The notes: generated by a model from the letters alone, not told the origin. DNA of 64,000 nucleotides from Phoronis australis (GCA_002633005.1 NMRA01000779.1:6478-70477), one strand, 5' to 3'. Shown: positions 49,400-62,816, counted from the stretch's first letter. Program-made: numbers and translations.

Positions 49400-51722
49400 G
49401 TTGTATTTCTAAGTCGGTTTGTGATAATCACGCACGATTCACGTCAATTAAACTCAGAGCTGACCGACCTCAATGGTTAACGGATGACTATATTGCCCTC
49501 TCATTGAACCGTGAATATTGGCATACCAAGGCATGGAAATGGGGACTTGCTGATAATTGGTCAAAGGCTAAAGACCTCAGAAATCGTTGCAATAATCTAA
49601 TCAAAGCACTACCAAAGTGCAATTGAAAATGCAAATGGTAGTAAATAACTATGGAAAACTTTTAAAAAGCTTCTAACCGAAAAGGGTAATGATCGAATCC
49701 AATCTAGTTGGCGATGCTGAATCAAGTGATCTCAAGAAAATAGCAGAAGAGCTGAATACATTTTATTTCTTCAGTTGGTAGGAAATTGGCCCAAAAATTC
49801 TCTGGTGTGCATCAGCCAAATGATTCCAGTCTATTACTTTTCAAAGCGTTTAAGTGTTGTGATATCTCTGGGGATTTCACCTCAACACTGCTTACCAAAC
49901 TTAACGTAAACAAGTCTACTGGCATGGACGAGATTTCATCTAAATTACTGAAACTCGTGGGACCGTTGATCTGTAAATCACTTACATTCATTTTCAACAA
50001 ATCGTTGGAAACACAGTTCGTACCAGCAGCATGGAAGAAGGCCAAAGTGACACCCATTTTTAAGGTAGGCGATGAAAATATTGTAAACAATTATCGTCCA
50101 ACCTCAGATGTCCCTGTTGTTATGAAACTTTTTGAAAGAGGTGTACACTCACAACTGTACTCTTATTTAAAGTCAAACAATTTTTTATTTGACGAACGGT
50201 CGGGGTTTCGCCCTGCGCACTCTATAACTACTTCTCTTCTTGACATAACTGACTACTTACTTGACAATACGGACAATGGTAATATTACTGGTGCAAACTT
50301 TCTGGACCTGAAGAAAGCTTTCGATGCTGTTAACCACAATAGCTTAGTATTAAATCTTTCTAGATGTGGTGTACGCGACGCCGAATTCGACTGGTTCTAA
50401 TCAGTAATTATTTGAGTAACCGGAATTAAGTTACTATTCTGAATGGGGCGATATCAACACCACTTGACATTAAATATGGTGTCCCCTAAGGGTCGATACT
50501 CGGCCCAGTGATATTTTGTGTACACGTAAATGATTAACCCCCGTCAGTGAAACAATGTAGAATTAATTTGTGTGCAGACGACACTGCCGTCTTCTTTGCT
50601 GCCAAATGAATGGATGAAGTCAAGCACCTTAGCAGAAGAAATGAATCGTGTTTATGCTTGGCTTGTGAAGAACAAACTGACACTGAATAATGATAAAATC
50701 AAAGCTATGATTATTGGTAGCAGACAGAGGCTGGCTGTTTAGTCTCCAAGCAACATTGCCATTACTATCAACGGCACCCAACTGGCAAAAATTGAGAAAT
50801 ATAAATATCTAGGTGTTATTGCTCAGATTAATCTAATGAAATTTGTATTTCACGCCACTGCTCTCAGGGAAAAGCTGCTCAGCTTTATCCTGTAAATTTT
50901 ATGTAACATGTGGGCCAAGGCCTTGAATGTTGAAATACATGAATTTGAATTTGATTGATAATAATTTATCGTGGGACAAACATGTTGAGTATATATGCAA
51001 AAAAAGTTTCTCTGTACAAGAGTCTAATTGTACAACACTTTGATTACTGTGATGTATGGGGTGACTGTGCATCATACCTTCAAGATAGACTTCAAAAATT
51101 ACAAAACACGACTGGTGTGCTGATACTCAACTATAGTAGCCTTTATAATGAGTTTCCTCATTTCAGAAATCCTCGATAAGCACTGTTGGTGCAGCCTAGT
51201 TAGCAGGCGTGCCTTTCATTTAAACGTTGTGGTGTAAAAAGCCACACATAGCTTCACACCAGTTTACCTAACTACTAAATTCAAAGCAGTCAGAGATTCA
51301 AAACCAGAGCGAGTGTTTTTGGCTACCTGGTATCAGATATACTTAAAAACAACTGTGCGAAAAGAACTTTTGCCTACATATGTGCTGTCGCATACAAAGG
51401 TCTGGGGATTGTCATCGCGAACCCGCCCTATGTCTTCAAACAGAATTAATGGGATTTTGTGCGTGGTTTGGGATTCTAGGCCTCAGCTCATCATTATTTT
51501 ACTCTATTTTATCCTATTTATTCATCTAATTGTACATATCATCTATTTTTATACTGATATATTTTATTTAATAATCTTTTCAATCTAATTGTACATACAC
51601 GTAGCTGTCTGTATTTTACGTCATGTAAATTTTTCCTACTGGGCCCACTTGAAACTCAATGTATTCACTGACGTGGTCACCCAGACTCTTTTAAAGAAGT
51701 TTGAATAAACAAATAAATAAAT
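49400..51722 (+). mobile_element. Decayed CR1/L2-type LINE (reverse transcriptase pseudogene)
   Basis: WKKAKVTPIFK, NYRP, GFRPAHS, FLDLKKAFDAVNH, GVP*GSILGP, CADDT; many stops and frameshifts; (AAAT)n tail. Confidence 0.9.
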
Positions 51723-51915
51723 ATATTGTCCCATGGTGCACGAGGAATAAAGAGACGTATCCCATAGTGCGTAAGACATTCGTAGTTTTAAATTCTGGAT
51801 TAGTACTGCAATTACCTTGTGCTTTCCAGTTTGTCGAGCTTGTTTTTAATTTTAACTGCATGACCTTCGTCAACTGACAATAATCAACAGTATTCACGGT
51901 GGTGACAAAATAAAN

Positions 51916-53385
51916 CTACTGGCATGGACGAGATTCCATCTAAATTACTGAAACTCGTGGGACCGTTGATCTGTAAATCACTTACATTCATTTTCAACAA
52001 ATCGTTGGAAACACAGTTCGTACCAGCAGCATGGAAGAAGGCCAAAGTGACACCCATTTTTAAGGTAGGCGATAAAAATATTGTAAACAATTATCGTCCA
52101 ACCTCAGATGTCCATGTTGTTATGAAACTTTTTGAAAGAGGTGTACACTCACAACTGTACTCTTATTTAAAGTCAAACAATTTTTTATTTGACGAACGGT
52201 CGGGGTTTCGCCCCGCGCACTCTATAACTACTTCTCTTCTTGACATAACTGACTACTTACTTGACAATACGGACAATGGTAATATTACTGGTGCAAACTT
52301 TCTGGACCTGAAGAAAGCTTTCGATGCTGTTAACCACAATAGCTTAGTATTAAATCTTTCCTGTAAATTTTATGTAACATGTGGGCCAAGGCCTTGAATG
52401 TTGAAATACATGAATTTGAATTTGATTGATAATAATTTATCGTGGGACAAACATGTTGAGTATACATGCAAAAAAAGTTTCTCTGTACAAGAGTCTAATT
52501 GTACAACACTTTGATTACTGTGATGTATGGGGTGACTGTGCATCATACCTTCAAGATAGACTTCAAAAATTACAAAACACGACTGGTGTGCTGATACTCA
52601 AATATAGTAGCCTTTATAATGAGTTTCCTCATTTCAGAAATCCTCTATAAGCACTGTTGGTGCAGCCTAGTTAGCAGGCGTGCCTTTCATTTAAACGTTG
52701 TGGTGTAAAAAGCCACGCATAGCTTCACACCAGTTTACCTAACTACTAAATTCAAAGCAGTCAGAGATTCAAAACCAGAGCGAGTGTTTTTGGCTACCTG
52801 GTATCAGATATACTTAAAAACAACTGTGGGAAAAGAACTTTTGCCTACAGATCTGCTGTCGCATACAAAGGTCTGGGGATTGTCATCGCGAACCCGCCCT
52901 ATGTCTTCAAACAGAATTACTGGGATTTTGTGCGTGGTTTGGGATTCTAGGCCTCAGCTCATCATTATTTTACTCTATTTTATCCTATTTATTCATCTAA
53001 TTGTACATATCATCTATTTTTATACTGATATATTTTATTTAATAATCTTTTCAATCTAATTGTACATACACGTAGCTGTCTGTATTTTACGTCATGTAAA
53101 TTTTTCCTACTGGGCCCACTTGAAACTCAATGTATTCACTGACGTGGTCACCCAGACTCTTTTAAAGAAGTTTGAATAAACAAATAAATAAATATATTGT
53201 CCCATGGTGCACGAGGAATAAAGAGACGTATCCCATAGTGCGTAAGACATTCGTAGTTTTAAATTCTGGATTAGTACTGCAATTACCTTGTGCTTTCCAG
53301 TTTGTCGAGCTTGTTTTTAATTTTAACTGCATGACCTTCGTCAACTGACAATAATCAACAGTATTCACGGTGGTGACAAAATAAA
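51916..53385 (+). mobile_element. Second copy of the LINE segment plus flank, with a ~530-bp internal deletion; joined by a single N
   Basis: Nearly identical to 49916-51914 except for the loss of about 50361-50889; N at 51915. Confidence 0.85.
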
Positions 53386-53782
53386 CTTTGAATTAAGTTC
53401 GAAGCGCGTTCCCCCACGTGACGTACCTTTTATGAATTACTGTGATGCCAAGCCAAGGAACGTTACGCGATGGAATTTATTACGAACCTTTGTGGAATTG
53501 ACAGCACTATGATTGCAAAGAATCGCACATGGCTGTTTGTTTGAAAAAGTACTGACTTACAAGTAGGCGTCCCATACACTTTGCTGAAATTACGCACATG
53601 TAGCATTCAGTCAAAGTTTAACTTAGAAGCGACTAATATGTAGGCAGCACTTGCAAAGAGTTAAGTTTATGTAACACGTCGAGATAGTAAGGATCAGTTA
53701 CCCATAAAGCACAGGGAACACAGTGCGATCTAACAATAACTATTCTGCGTTCTACCGTGTCTCAGACATGTTTGTCGTCACT

Positions 53783-56700
53783 TTAACGGCATCTACCAAA
53801 ATAACACCTGCCCCGACAACAGGCTGGTCTACCTCTACCGCAGAGAGCACTGCGGCGTCCACAAGGCCGACATCGTCCGAAGGAACAATATGGTGTGTAT
53901 CGGCAACAGCTTGGCCTGCCCCTACCGCACAGAGCACCATTTCCACCGCAAGGCCGACATCGTCCAAACAAACAAAAAGGAGCGTTTCTGCAGCAACTGG
54001 GCCTGCCTCGACCACACAATGCACCATTGCGTCCACAAGGCCGACATCGTCCGAAGGAACAATATGGTGTATATCGGCAACAGCCAGGCCTGCCCCTACC
54101 GCACAGAGCACCATTTCCACCGCAAGGCCGACACCGTCCAAAAGAACAGAAAGGGGTTCTTGCGCAACAGCTTGGCCTGCCCCTACCGCACAGAGCACCA
54201 TTTCCACCACAAGGCCGACATCGTCCAAATAAACAAAAAGGAGTGTTTCTGCAGCAAACGGGCCTGCCTCGACCACACAATGCCCCATTGCGTCCACAAG
54301 GCCGACATCGTCCGAAGGAACAATATGGTGTATATCGGCAACAGCCAGGCCTGTCCCTACCGCACAGAGCACCATTTCCACCGCAAGGTCGACACCGTCC
54401 GAAAGAGCAATAAGGGGCGAACCTGCAGCATGGGGGTCTTCCTCTGCCACAGCGATGTCCGATCCGACCGCACGCTTGTCTCCTCTGGAAGTCCTCACTA
54501 CAATCAGAATAATTCTCTTGATATCATTTAGTTCAAGCCCGTGCTAGGCATTCGTATGGGAAGTGCAATATTTGTAACTAGTGCACCATCGCATTTACTC
54601 TTCAGATTTATTTGAGAATTGTTCACCCTGGCGTCGCCGATCCTTCTTACCGTTCCGGCTACGTGCATGAAGTCATAAAATAAAGCGACACACTAACACC
54701 AATTCTGGCCTATTCTTCTTATTTTATGCAACAGTTCGTTGGTCCTAATTGAACACCAAATGAACAATAACTGAACACCAAATAAACACTAAGTGAACAC
54801 CAAATAAACTTGGAATTTACCCAAGATCAACATTATGCAGTATTAGCGTTAGGAATTAGGAGCATTAACATCGTAAGCACGGTTTTATCTGATGCAAGCT
54901 AGACATACATACCTTCGTAAATCTTTGTCTTGAGGTCTACCTTTGAAGTGCACTGAGTCGTCTCCCATATACCGCCGAATAACAACTTCCTGAAGGCTAA
55001 GTTGGTCTACAAAAGCGGCACTTATGTGAAAGATTGGTCGGAATAATTTAGGTTTCAACTTCCGTCTTGGAAAATCAAAGAGATGGATTGAAAGAGAAGT
55101 AGAAGACAACTTAATTCCAATCTTGCCATGCAATGTATTAGTTTAATGCTTTACCGACAGGAATCACTACATTCATGTGGGATTTCACATAATGACGTCC
55201 TTCTTCTTCCCCCTACCTGTTTTTGGGCTGGCTTTAAGTGGTCAGACGTCGGTCCAGTGTATCTCTTGTACAGCATATTGTTCTTATTCATTGAAGATAA
55301 AAGTAACAGATGTACCATCTCAGGCACAAAATAACTTCCAAAAGGTCCTCACAAAAGTACATACACCAAGCATGGTAATGAGTAATGGTAAAAACATTGA
55401 AGGGGACATAGGAAATTACAATATTTGATAATGCCAAAGCAGGGAGCTTACATAAAAATGATAAGATTAAATACATCGAAGTTAAGTAGAAATATTTTAA
55501 ATAAAAAGATAAAAGCATTGTACATATAATTATGGCGTTGTCACATACATCCCGTATAATTATTAAGTTGAGCAAAGCTGGCTGTATAAACTTTTCTTCA
55601 ATTGTTGAAAGTAGTTATGTATTTAATGTGACCAGGGAGATAATTCCATTCCCTAATGGCAACAACAAAAAGGCGTTGCATAAAAACCAATTCCTCGCCT
55701 GTGGAGCAATTATTTGCTTCACTTACCTTCACTGAAGTCGTCGCCAGACTGCTCGTCTTCTTCCCGTCTCTCGTAATGGTCAAGTTCAGAATCGTCATTG
55801 TTACCGTCATCATCAGACATTTTTTGGTCTTCATTTTCGCGATAAGTCATGTTTATATCATCTGCTCTATTTTTCTTTGGTTTGGCTTCTTCGTCATTTA
55901 CGTCTGCTTCATCCTGTTCACGTGACGTCATATCCTGTACTTGATCCTCCGTGTCCAACGGAGACAAGTGATCATTTTGTTGATCATCGCTGAACTCTCG
56001 GGTGTCAGCGAACTTACCGGATTGGCTCCAGCTAACTTCAAAATCATCTGAAAATTTCCCACCAAGTAAGAAGCACTTGTTAAGGAATTGGCAAATACGA
56101 GAATTTAGAGTCCTGTGTGACCGATTATATCTTTCGTCTTATTTTTTGTTTTGACTAGTTATGACAAGTACTGTTTTTCTAAGCTTCTATGCAACTCACC
56201 CTCTGTAAGTCAAGCCCGTGGCGACTTTTGAAAGGAGGGAATACTTGCAGATCGGCCAAGCTTTGTTTTGTTTTCGTGTTTAAAATCCCATAGTCATGCA
56301 GGATCGCAGTACCTGTTTTCCTACCACCACTATTGGGAAATGGGTCTTAAGGTACATGTACTAACATATCAAGGGATTCATTCATCAAGAACACATGATT
56401 AAATGTGAACACAACGAAAAAGGCTCACTATGAAGACTTAATAAAACCATAGGAAACCATATTTTAGCCTCATCGACCTTCAAAATTTAGGAGTAAGTAA
56501 GAAAACTACTTGAAAATTTTACAAAATCGGCATGAATTTTGTAGGGGCACATTTGAAACGAAATTTGTCTCGAGTGCCGAAGATCGCAAGAAATTATTGG
56601 CGAAAAATCTTCGCTTAATCTCATACTTCACTCTAACACGTAATTAACTCTAACACTTATCTTTAACACGTAATTAACTCTAACACGTAATTCCCTCTAA

Positions 56701-58932
56701 GCTCGCCAACCAATCACTTGACTTGCCAACATTTTACTAGGATAGGCTAGTACCCTCGCGAACATGTGCATACCTATGCCATTCTGCGATCTTTCGTTAC
56801 TTGCAAGAAACTGTATCCACGGATCGCTCTGCAAGACTGCGTCCATCCGTCCCTTATTTGACCTCCCGCCCCTTTTTCTTTACCCTTTCTTCCTTAACTC
56901 TTTCCCTTCTTCCTTACCCCTCCCCTTTCCTCCTTACACTCCCCGTTCCACCTTACGCCTCCTCTTTCCTCATTACCCCTCCCCTTTCCACCTTATCCCT
57001 CCCCTTTCCTCCTTATCCCTCTCCTTTCCTCCTTACCCCTCTCTTTTCCTCCTTACCCCTCCCCTGTCCACTTTACCCCTCTACTTTCCTCCTTACCCCT
57101 CCAGCTCCCCGTTCCACCTTACCTCTCCCCGTTCCACTTTACCCATCTCCNNNNNNNNNNNNNNNNNNNNNNNNNNNNNNNNNNNNNNNNNNNNNNNNNN
57201 NNNNNNNNNNNNNNNNNNNNNNNNNNNNNNNNNNNNNNNNNNNNNNNNNNNNNNNNNNNNNNNNNNNNNNNNNNNNNAAAAAATAAGGACATAGACGACA
57301 CGCGATCATATCCAGTGAATCATGACCAGTTCTTTTTAGCATCATATTTGTTTGTACCCTCTGGAAGTTATTGCCGCTGGAGCCTCTTCAAGGTAAACAG
57401 TGGAATCTATTAATGACTAAAGCCACCTTAACAACTGCAACAATAATAATAGCAATAACAACAATAATGTAAACAATTATATTTTTGTGCAAAATCATTA
57501 CTAATATCATTTACAATTACTGCAATTGGTGACGATCTGGGGGATACCGTAGAATCAGTGGCGACCCGGGTATGAAACTGCTGGCGGCAACCGGGTGTCT
57601 AACTGGTGGCAACCACTGGGGGAGGGGTATTCGGGTAACGCTATGTTACTGTATATGTGCCCCGAACGGTCAAGTCCAGAAACGCCTCTAAACCCAGTGG
57701 TTGTTTTTCCCGCGCTCAGAACTGTCATGTTACACGCTCTCAAGGACTTAAATTTCACCCTGTTGTACCACTTTTGCAGTGTCGTACTTCCTTGCTTGCA
57801 CATGGAACAACTCTACTCTCACTATTCTAAGCCCTCGCACACCGAGACCTTCTCTCGGACTTCGAAGAATCTGATATGAAATCTCTGCGCACAAATCAAC
57901 TGTAAATCGTCTCTACTGTAAAAATAACAACAAAACAAACATTGATTTTTGCTAAGGATACGGTGAAAACGCCTTGGACTTGCGCTCAACAATACTCGGC
58001 GTAAGAAATTTGCGCCAGGAAGAGGGGCATGCGTCCGTGAGAGAGGAATAGCGCGGTACGTGAGAACAGTATTGTGTGTGAGTAGGAAGATGTCTTGCAA
58101 TATAGAAAATTGCAACAAACATCGACAGCAATGTTGGGATCTACAGGTTACTGCGAAAGTGGTGCTTGAAGTAGCGGGGGGTAATCATGGTTCGACGTTA
58201 TCAAACGTGGTGACGAGGAAATTCGGCAATAAACAGAGTGATTTTGAAAGTGAAAACTGCTTGTAATAAGATAGTTCTGATGAGCTCGCCAGGTGAAAAA
58301 TTTGAACGTATTTCTATCATTGTGTGGTTAAAAATAGTGCAAAAGGCGAAGTCGACAAACGAGACGCACCTCGTGGCGGGCGGGACGTTATTCCTTAATA
58401 AGTGATTCAAGAAAGGAGTCAGTTGATATGGGGGGAGTCATTGTATATACGGGGGTTCATTTTATATACTGACTCAGTTTACATACGGGGGTCAGTTTAT
58501 ATACGGGGGTCATATTCTCCCGTGGGCGAAATCGTCGACGACTGACGAAGGTTGGTGACAAACGGGTAACGCCGAGGAGCGAAATTTGTTCTTCCCCTTC
58601 AAAATAACCTTCACCTAATGATTGATAATGTTGCTTTCACACTTGGCTGAATACCCAGGACTATGACAAAGAGATTTAATGTAATGTAAATCATAAATTA
58701 TTATATTGTCAGTGCACGGAATGTTATTTTCACCACTTGCACAAAATCCTAAATGAAAAAAGTTCGCTGCTTAAAGGAAATCCTTTCTTCGGTAGACTGG
58801 ATTTCGTGTGGCATTCTGCCAATACTATACAGAGATGCATGTCAGTGTTCTCGTTCCATTCTTACCACTCTCGGCTAAACATGGTCCCACCAGCAAGGCA
58901 GTTGCCATGACGACAAGCAGCTCAATCTTCAT
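53783..58932 (-). CDS. Secreted prepro-protein with acidic pro-region and eight tandem cationic cystine-knot-framework repeats (436 aa predicted)
   Basis: Phase-consistent exons 58932-58866 (GCCACAATG; signal peptide MKIELLVVMATALLVGPCLA), 56047-55727 (D/E-rich), 55347-55217 (weak GAG acceptor), 54989-54913 and 54497-53783 (FQRR, then 8 x C-x6-C-x6-CC-x5-C-x4-C; the last repeat has x3 instead of x5). AATAAA on the - strand at 53481-53476. Confidence 0.8.
56860..57150. repeat. Pyrimidine-rich low-complexity repeat next to a gap
   Basis: TTCC(A/T)CCTTACCCCTCCCC-like units. Confidence 0.85.
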
Positions 58933-59832
58933 TGTGGCCTAAATCAGACAAAAACAAATTATTGCAAAAAAGATAACATGTATTTAGTTACAATTGAGCG
59001 ATATTTCACTAAAAGCGCGTGCGTGTTCCCCATACCAAGATGAAAACACTTACTTTTAGTTACACGACTAATGAATAAATCAGTGGAGAATCTATGGGAC
59101 GTTCAAAGGATTTGTCCTCAATAAATGACTTCTGAGGCCATTTGTTAGTAGCAGATGTGCGCAAAATGTTTCCGAAATTCAAGCGTAGCCTCTTTTTCGT
59201 ACAATCTTATACTGTTTTGACAATATAGGCCTGTAGCGAAATACAGCCAATGTTCCCGGCGCGGTGGTGGCGACACTTCTTACTCATCGAAAGACGACTA
59301 CATTTTTTACTTAAATTTGTTTTGATTTCCTGCACATAGCACACTCTAGCTATCCCTTGTCAAAAGGTGTAGGCCTAAAATTACCCGTTGGTGATTGGAA
59401 CTTTTATGGGCCATTCGTCCATTTTCATTACTTTTCAATTCATCTAAGTCAACCTTCCACGTTTTCAAAAAGTTGCTCCTTGTTTTTCCGAAATGTTGAA
59501 CCTATTGGTTCAGCGTCACACCTAACATACGCGTGAGTCTAAATACGCGTGCAGACTATAAGCAAACTTTGAAGAATACAACAAGACAAACCAAACTGTA
59601 TTATACAGAAGACAGCGCTAATTTAGCTTCCGCAGTCACGTGATCCCAATGAAATATGTAAACTGAAGAGATTATCTCTAGACGCTTTCGGTACAGGGGA
59701 TTTTTAACGCTTTTAAAAAAATTCGACTGTTTGAATTGTTGTTCATCCAAATGTGGAGAGGTCAGCGCTTACAGTTCTGTAGCAGCTACACTAAGCTTTA
59801 AGGGAGAGAAAAGTAATCAGCAGTAGCCGCCA

Positions 59833-59988
59833 AACGCTCTGCCGCTGAGCCAAATCCCACGATAACAGCTAGAGTACGCTCTGCCACTGAGCCAAATCCC
59901 CCGGTAACAAAGTATGCTGTGCCGCTGAGCCAAATCCCACGATAACAGAGTACGCTCTGCCGCTGAGCCAAAAATCTCGATAACAGAG
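59833..59988. repeat. 38-bp minisatellite, left part (continues at 62817-62940 after the LINE)
   Basis: Repeated unit ATAACAGAGTACGCTCTGCCGCTGAGCCAAATCCCACG. Confidence 0.9.
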
Positions 59989-62816
59989 AACCTCTTTTGA
60001 CTGCTGGTGACATAGAGGTCAATCCAGGACCAGGCACTCAGGGTTTAGCCAGCTTTAAGGTCTTATTCACTATCATCAACAGCATCAAGGCGAACAATCC
60101 TTCAAGATTTGAACTTCCCAAGCAATTTATTACAGACAACAATTACATGGTCATTGCCATATGTGAATCCGGAACACTGTCCGAAGACAACCTCAGTGCA
60201 CTTATTATTCCAGAATACAACATTGCCTACCACACTAACGCCGGGAGGGGGTTGATCTTGTTTGTCCACAACTCCGTAAATTACAATTGATAATAAAATT
60301 ATACAATCAATGAATAACTGTTGCGTTGAACTTTATGTGAACCACAAGAAGATATATTATGGTTTTTCAATCGCTCACCCTCCCAGACGCCCCATGAAAG
60401 GAGAGCATGTTTCAAGACCTGTTCAGAACAACTGCAAGAACTCTCACAGTTTAATAAAACAATTGTTATCAACGGGGATTTCAACGCAAGAAATAGTACT
60501 TGGTACTCAGAAGACAATGACAACCAAGCCGGTCTCGAATTATTCGATATTCTCCTCTCAAATGACTGTGTACAACTAATAAACGAACCGAAACGTTTAA
60601 CAGGTTATTCACATTCTTGCCTTGACTTATGTTTCACAAACAATCTCGGATTAATTGAATCCACTTCTGTAAGGCCTCCCATTGGTAACTCAGACCACCA
60701 CGTTATAGAAACAACATTCACACTCAACTGCGCATCTAAAGAACCAGACATGAAAAATATGTGGAATTACAACCTCATTAACATGGACAACTGAATTACG
60801 CTCTGACGTAACCACATTTAACTGGGCTGAAATACTTAACAAAAGTGACATAAATGACACAGTCTCAATATTCGCAAAGTCACTCTACAACATACTAGAT
60901 AATAATATCCCGTCGACCATGAAAACAATAAAAAACAAGAACAAACCGTTGTTTAACAATAACATTAAGTCTGAAATAAATAAAAGAAATAAACTGTACA
61001 GATGATTCAGAAAATCAAATAACCCATGCACGTTCAAGTGCTACAAAGAACAGTGCAAGAGTGTGGAAGAATTAATTAAAAAGACAAAACAAGACTATAA
61101 GATGAAAGTTATCTCCAATATCAAAAATGTCTCCAAAAATTCTAAGGAATATTGGGATATAGTAAACAAAATTCGAGGACAGGTAAACCAATCATCATAC
61201 CCCACCATCCTCTCAAAGGAATCCAGCTCTCAGGCGTTATCCAAAGCTGATAAAAGTAAGTTATTTCTAGACTACTTCACCGCCAAGAATCACATTGTAC
61301 CAACAACAAACTTCCCCGAATTCCAAAACAGAACATTAGAACACCTATCTGATATACAAGCCCAACCATCTGAAGTCAGAAAACTACTAGAAAACATTGA
61401 CGAAAACAAAAACGACGGTACCAATCTCATAACCAATAAAATGGTCAAGGTAATAGGAAGAGAGTTTACAGTTCCTCTGGTAACATTATATAACAAAATA
61501 CTATAACCTGGAAAATTTCCTTCGAACTGGAAGCTTGTCGTTATGATACCAATGCACAAAAAGAACTCCAAAACAGACATTGCCAACTATCGCCTCATAA
61601 CTCTACTAAACACCTTATCCAAACTTTTAGAAAAAATCATTTCTCAACACATGTTTGTCCACCTCTCTTCACAAAACCTCATATATCGTCGCCAATTTGG
61701 ATTCATGCCTGGTAACAGCACTGTGTCCCAACTTACAGAAATTGTACACGACATCCACCTCCAGTTTGAGCAAGGGTACAACGTGAAATCCGTATTTTTG
61801 GACATTGCCTCAGCTTTTGATGTCGTTCCCAATGACCTGCTTCTACATAAATTACAATCTTAGGGTTTCTCAGGTACTCTCCTCTTACTTTTAAAACCAT
61901 ATCTGGAACATCAAACTCACAAAGTCCGAATTGAGGGTGTCTTATCACCTTCATCAACGCCAGGTTTCGTAAATGCTGGAGTACCACAGGGTAGCGTACT
62001 AGGCCCCTTACTCTTTTTACTGTACATCAATAATCTTGCAGACACAATAAATTCAAAAACATTCTTATATGCTGAATGATGACACTGCAATTTTCCACTC
62101 ATTTTCAAAAGAGCATCTCCATGACTCCTTACAATAATTGCAAACTGACCTTAACAAACTCTATGACTGGTTTTACAAATGGAAGATTAAATTAAAACCT
62201 GACAAAAGTGTCGATCTTATATTTTTGCAAGTCTAATAATACTCATTTCCAAACAAATCCAACGCTGGCATTATCACTCAATGGGGAAGTTATTCCCAAT
62301 AAGTTCAAGCACAAACATCTTGGCTTGCTACTCGACCATAAGCTTACATTTACTCCTCATTGTCGCGAACTCGTTCATAAAGTACAAATATTAATTAATC
62401 CAATTAGAATTATCTCTCGTCATCTCAACTCCATGCAGCTTGAAACTCTGTTCAAGTCTTTAGTACTTCCACATCTAGATTACTGTGACATAATCTACCA
62501 ATCGGCAAACGCTGGCATATTTCTTCAATCAGAAAGAATACAATACCAAGCAGCTTTAGCCATAACAGGGGCATAAAAAGGGTCCAACACAACCAAGGTT
62601 CTAAATAGTCTCAACTGTAGGAAACTAGCAAACCCGTCGTAAACTCCGCCTGTCCATGTATACATTCAAAGTCTTAACCAACATAAACAATTACTCTAAC
62701 AAAATCCTCTTTGACTTCTTTGTATTTTTTTAACCCAGATCTAATGCCTCTTGGCGCTTTCTGGGTTATGTATATTCATGGTATTCTGAAGATTTCGTAA
62801 TAAACATTAAAAAAAA
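59989..62816 (+). mobile_element. 5'-truncated CR1-type LINE (APE + RT, decayed) with a 2A-like motif
   Basis: LLTAGDIEVNPGP; APE motifs ICES, GDFNAR, CLDLCFTN, GNSDHH; RT motifs NYRLITLL, QFGF, FLDIASAFD, GVPQGSVLGPLLFLLYIN; AATAAA and poly(A); TSD ATAACAGAG at 59980-59988 and 62817-62825. Confidence 0.92.

Noticed and set aside
53723-54531. + strand Thr-, His- and Pro/Gln-rich ORFs and the - strand Val/Ala ORF 53752-54498
   Set aside because: Shadow frames of the 87-bp repeat. Only the Cys frame is in phase with the adjacent upstream exon and gives a coherent precursor.
56200-56245. Extra exon in the knottin precursor gene (GTGAGT donor on the - strand)
   Set aside because: The required phase-1 frame contains a stop codon.
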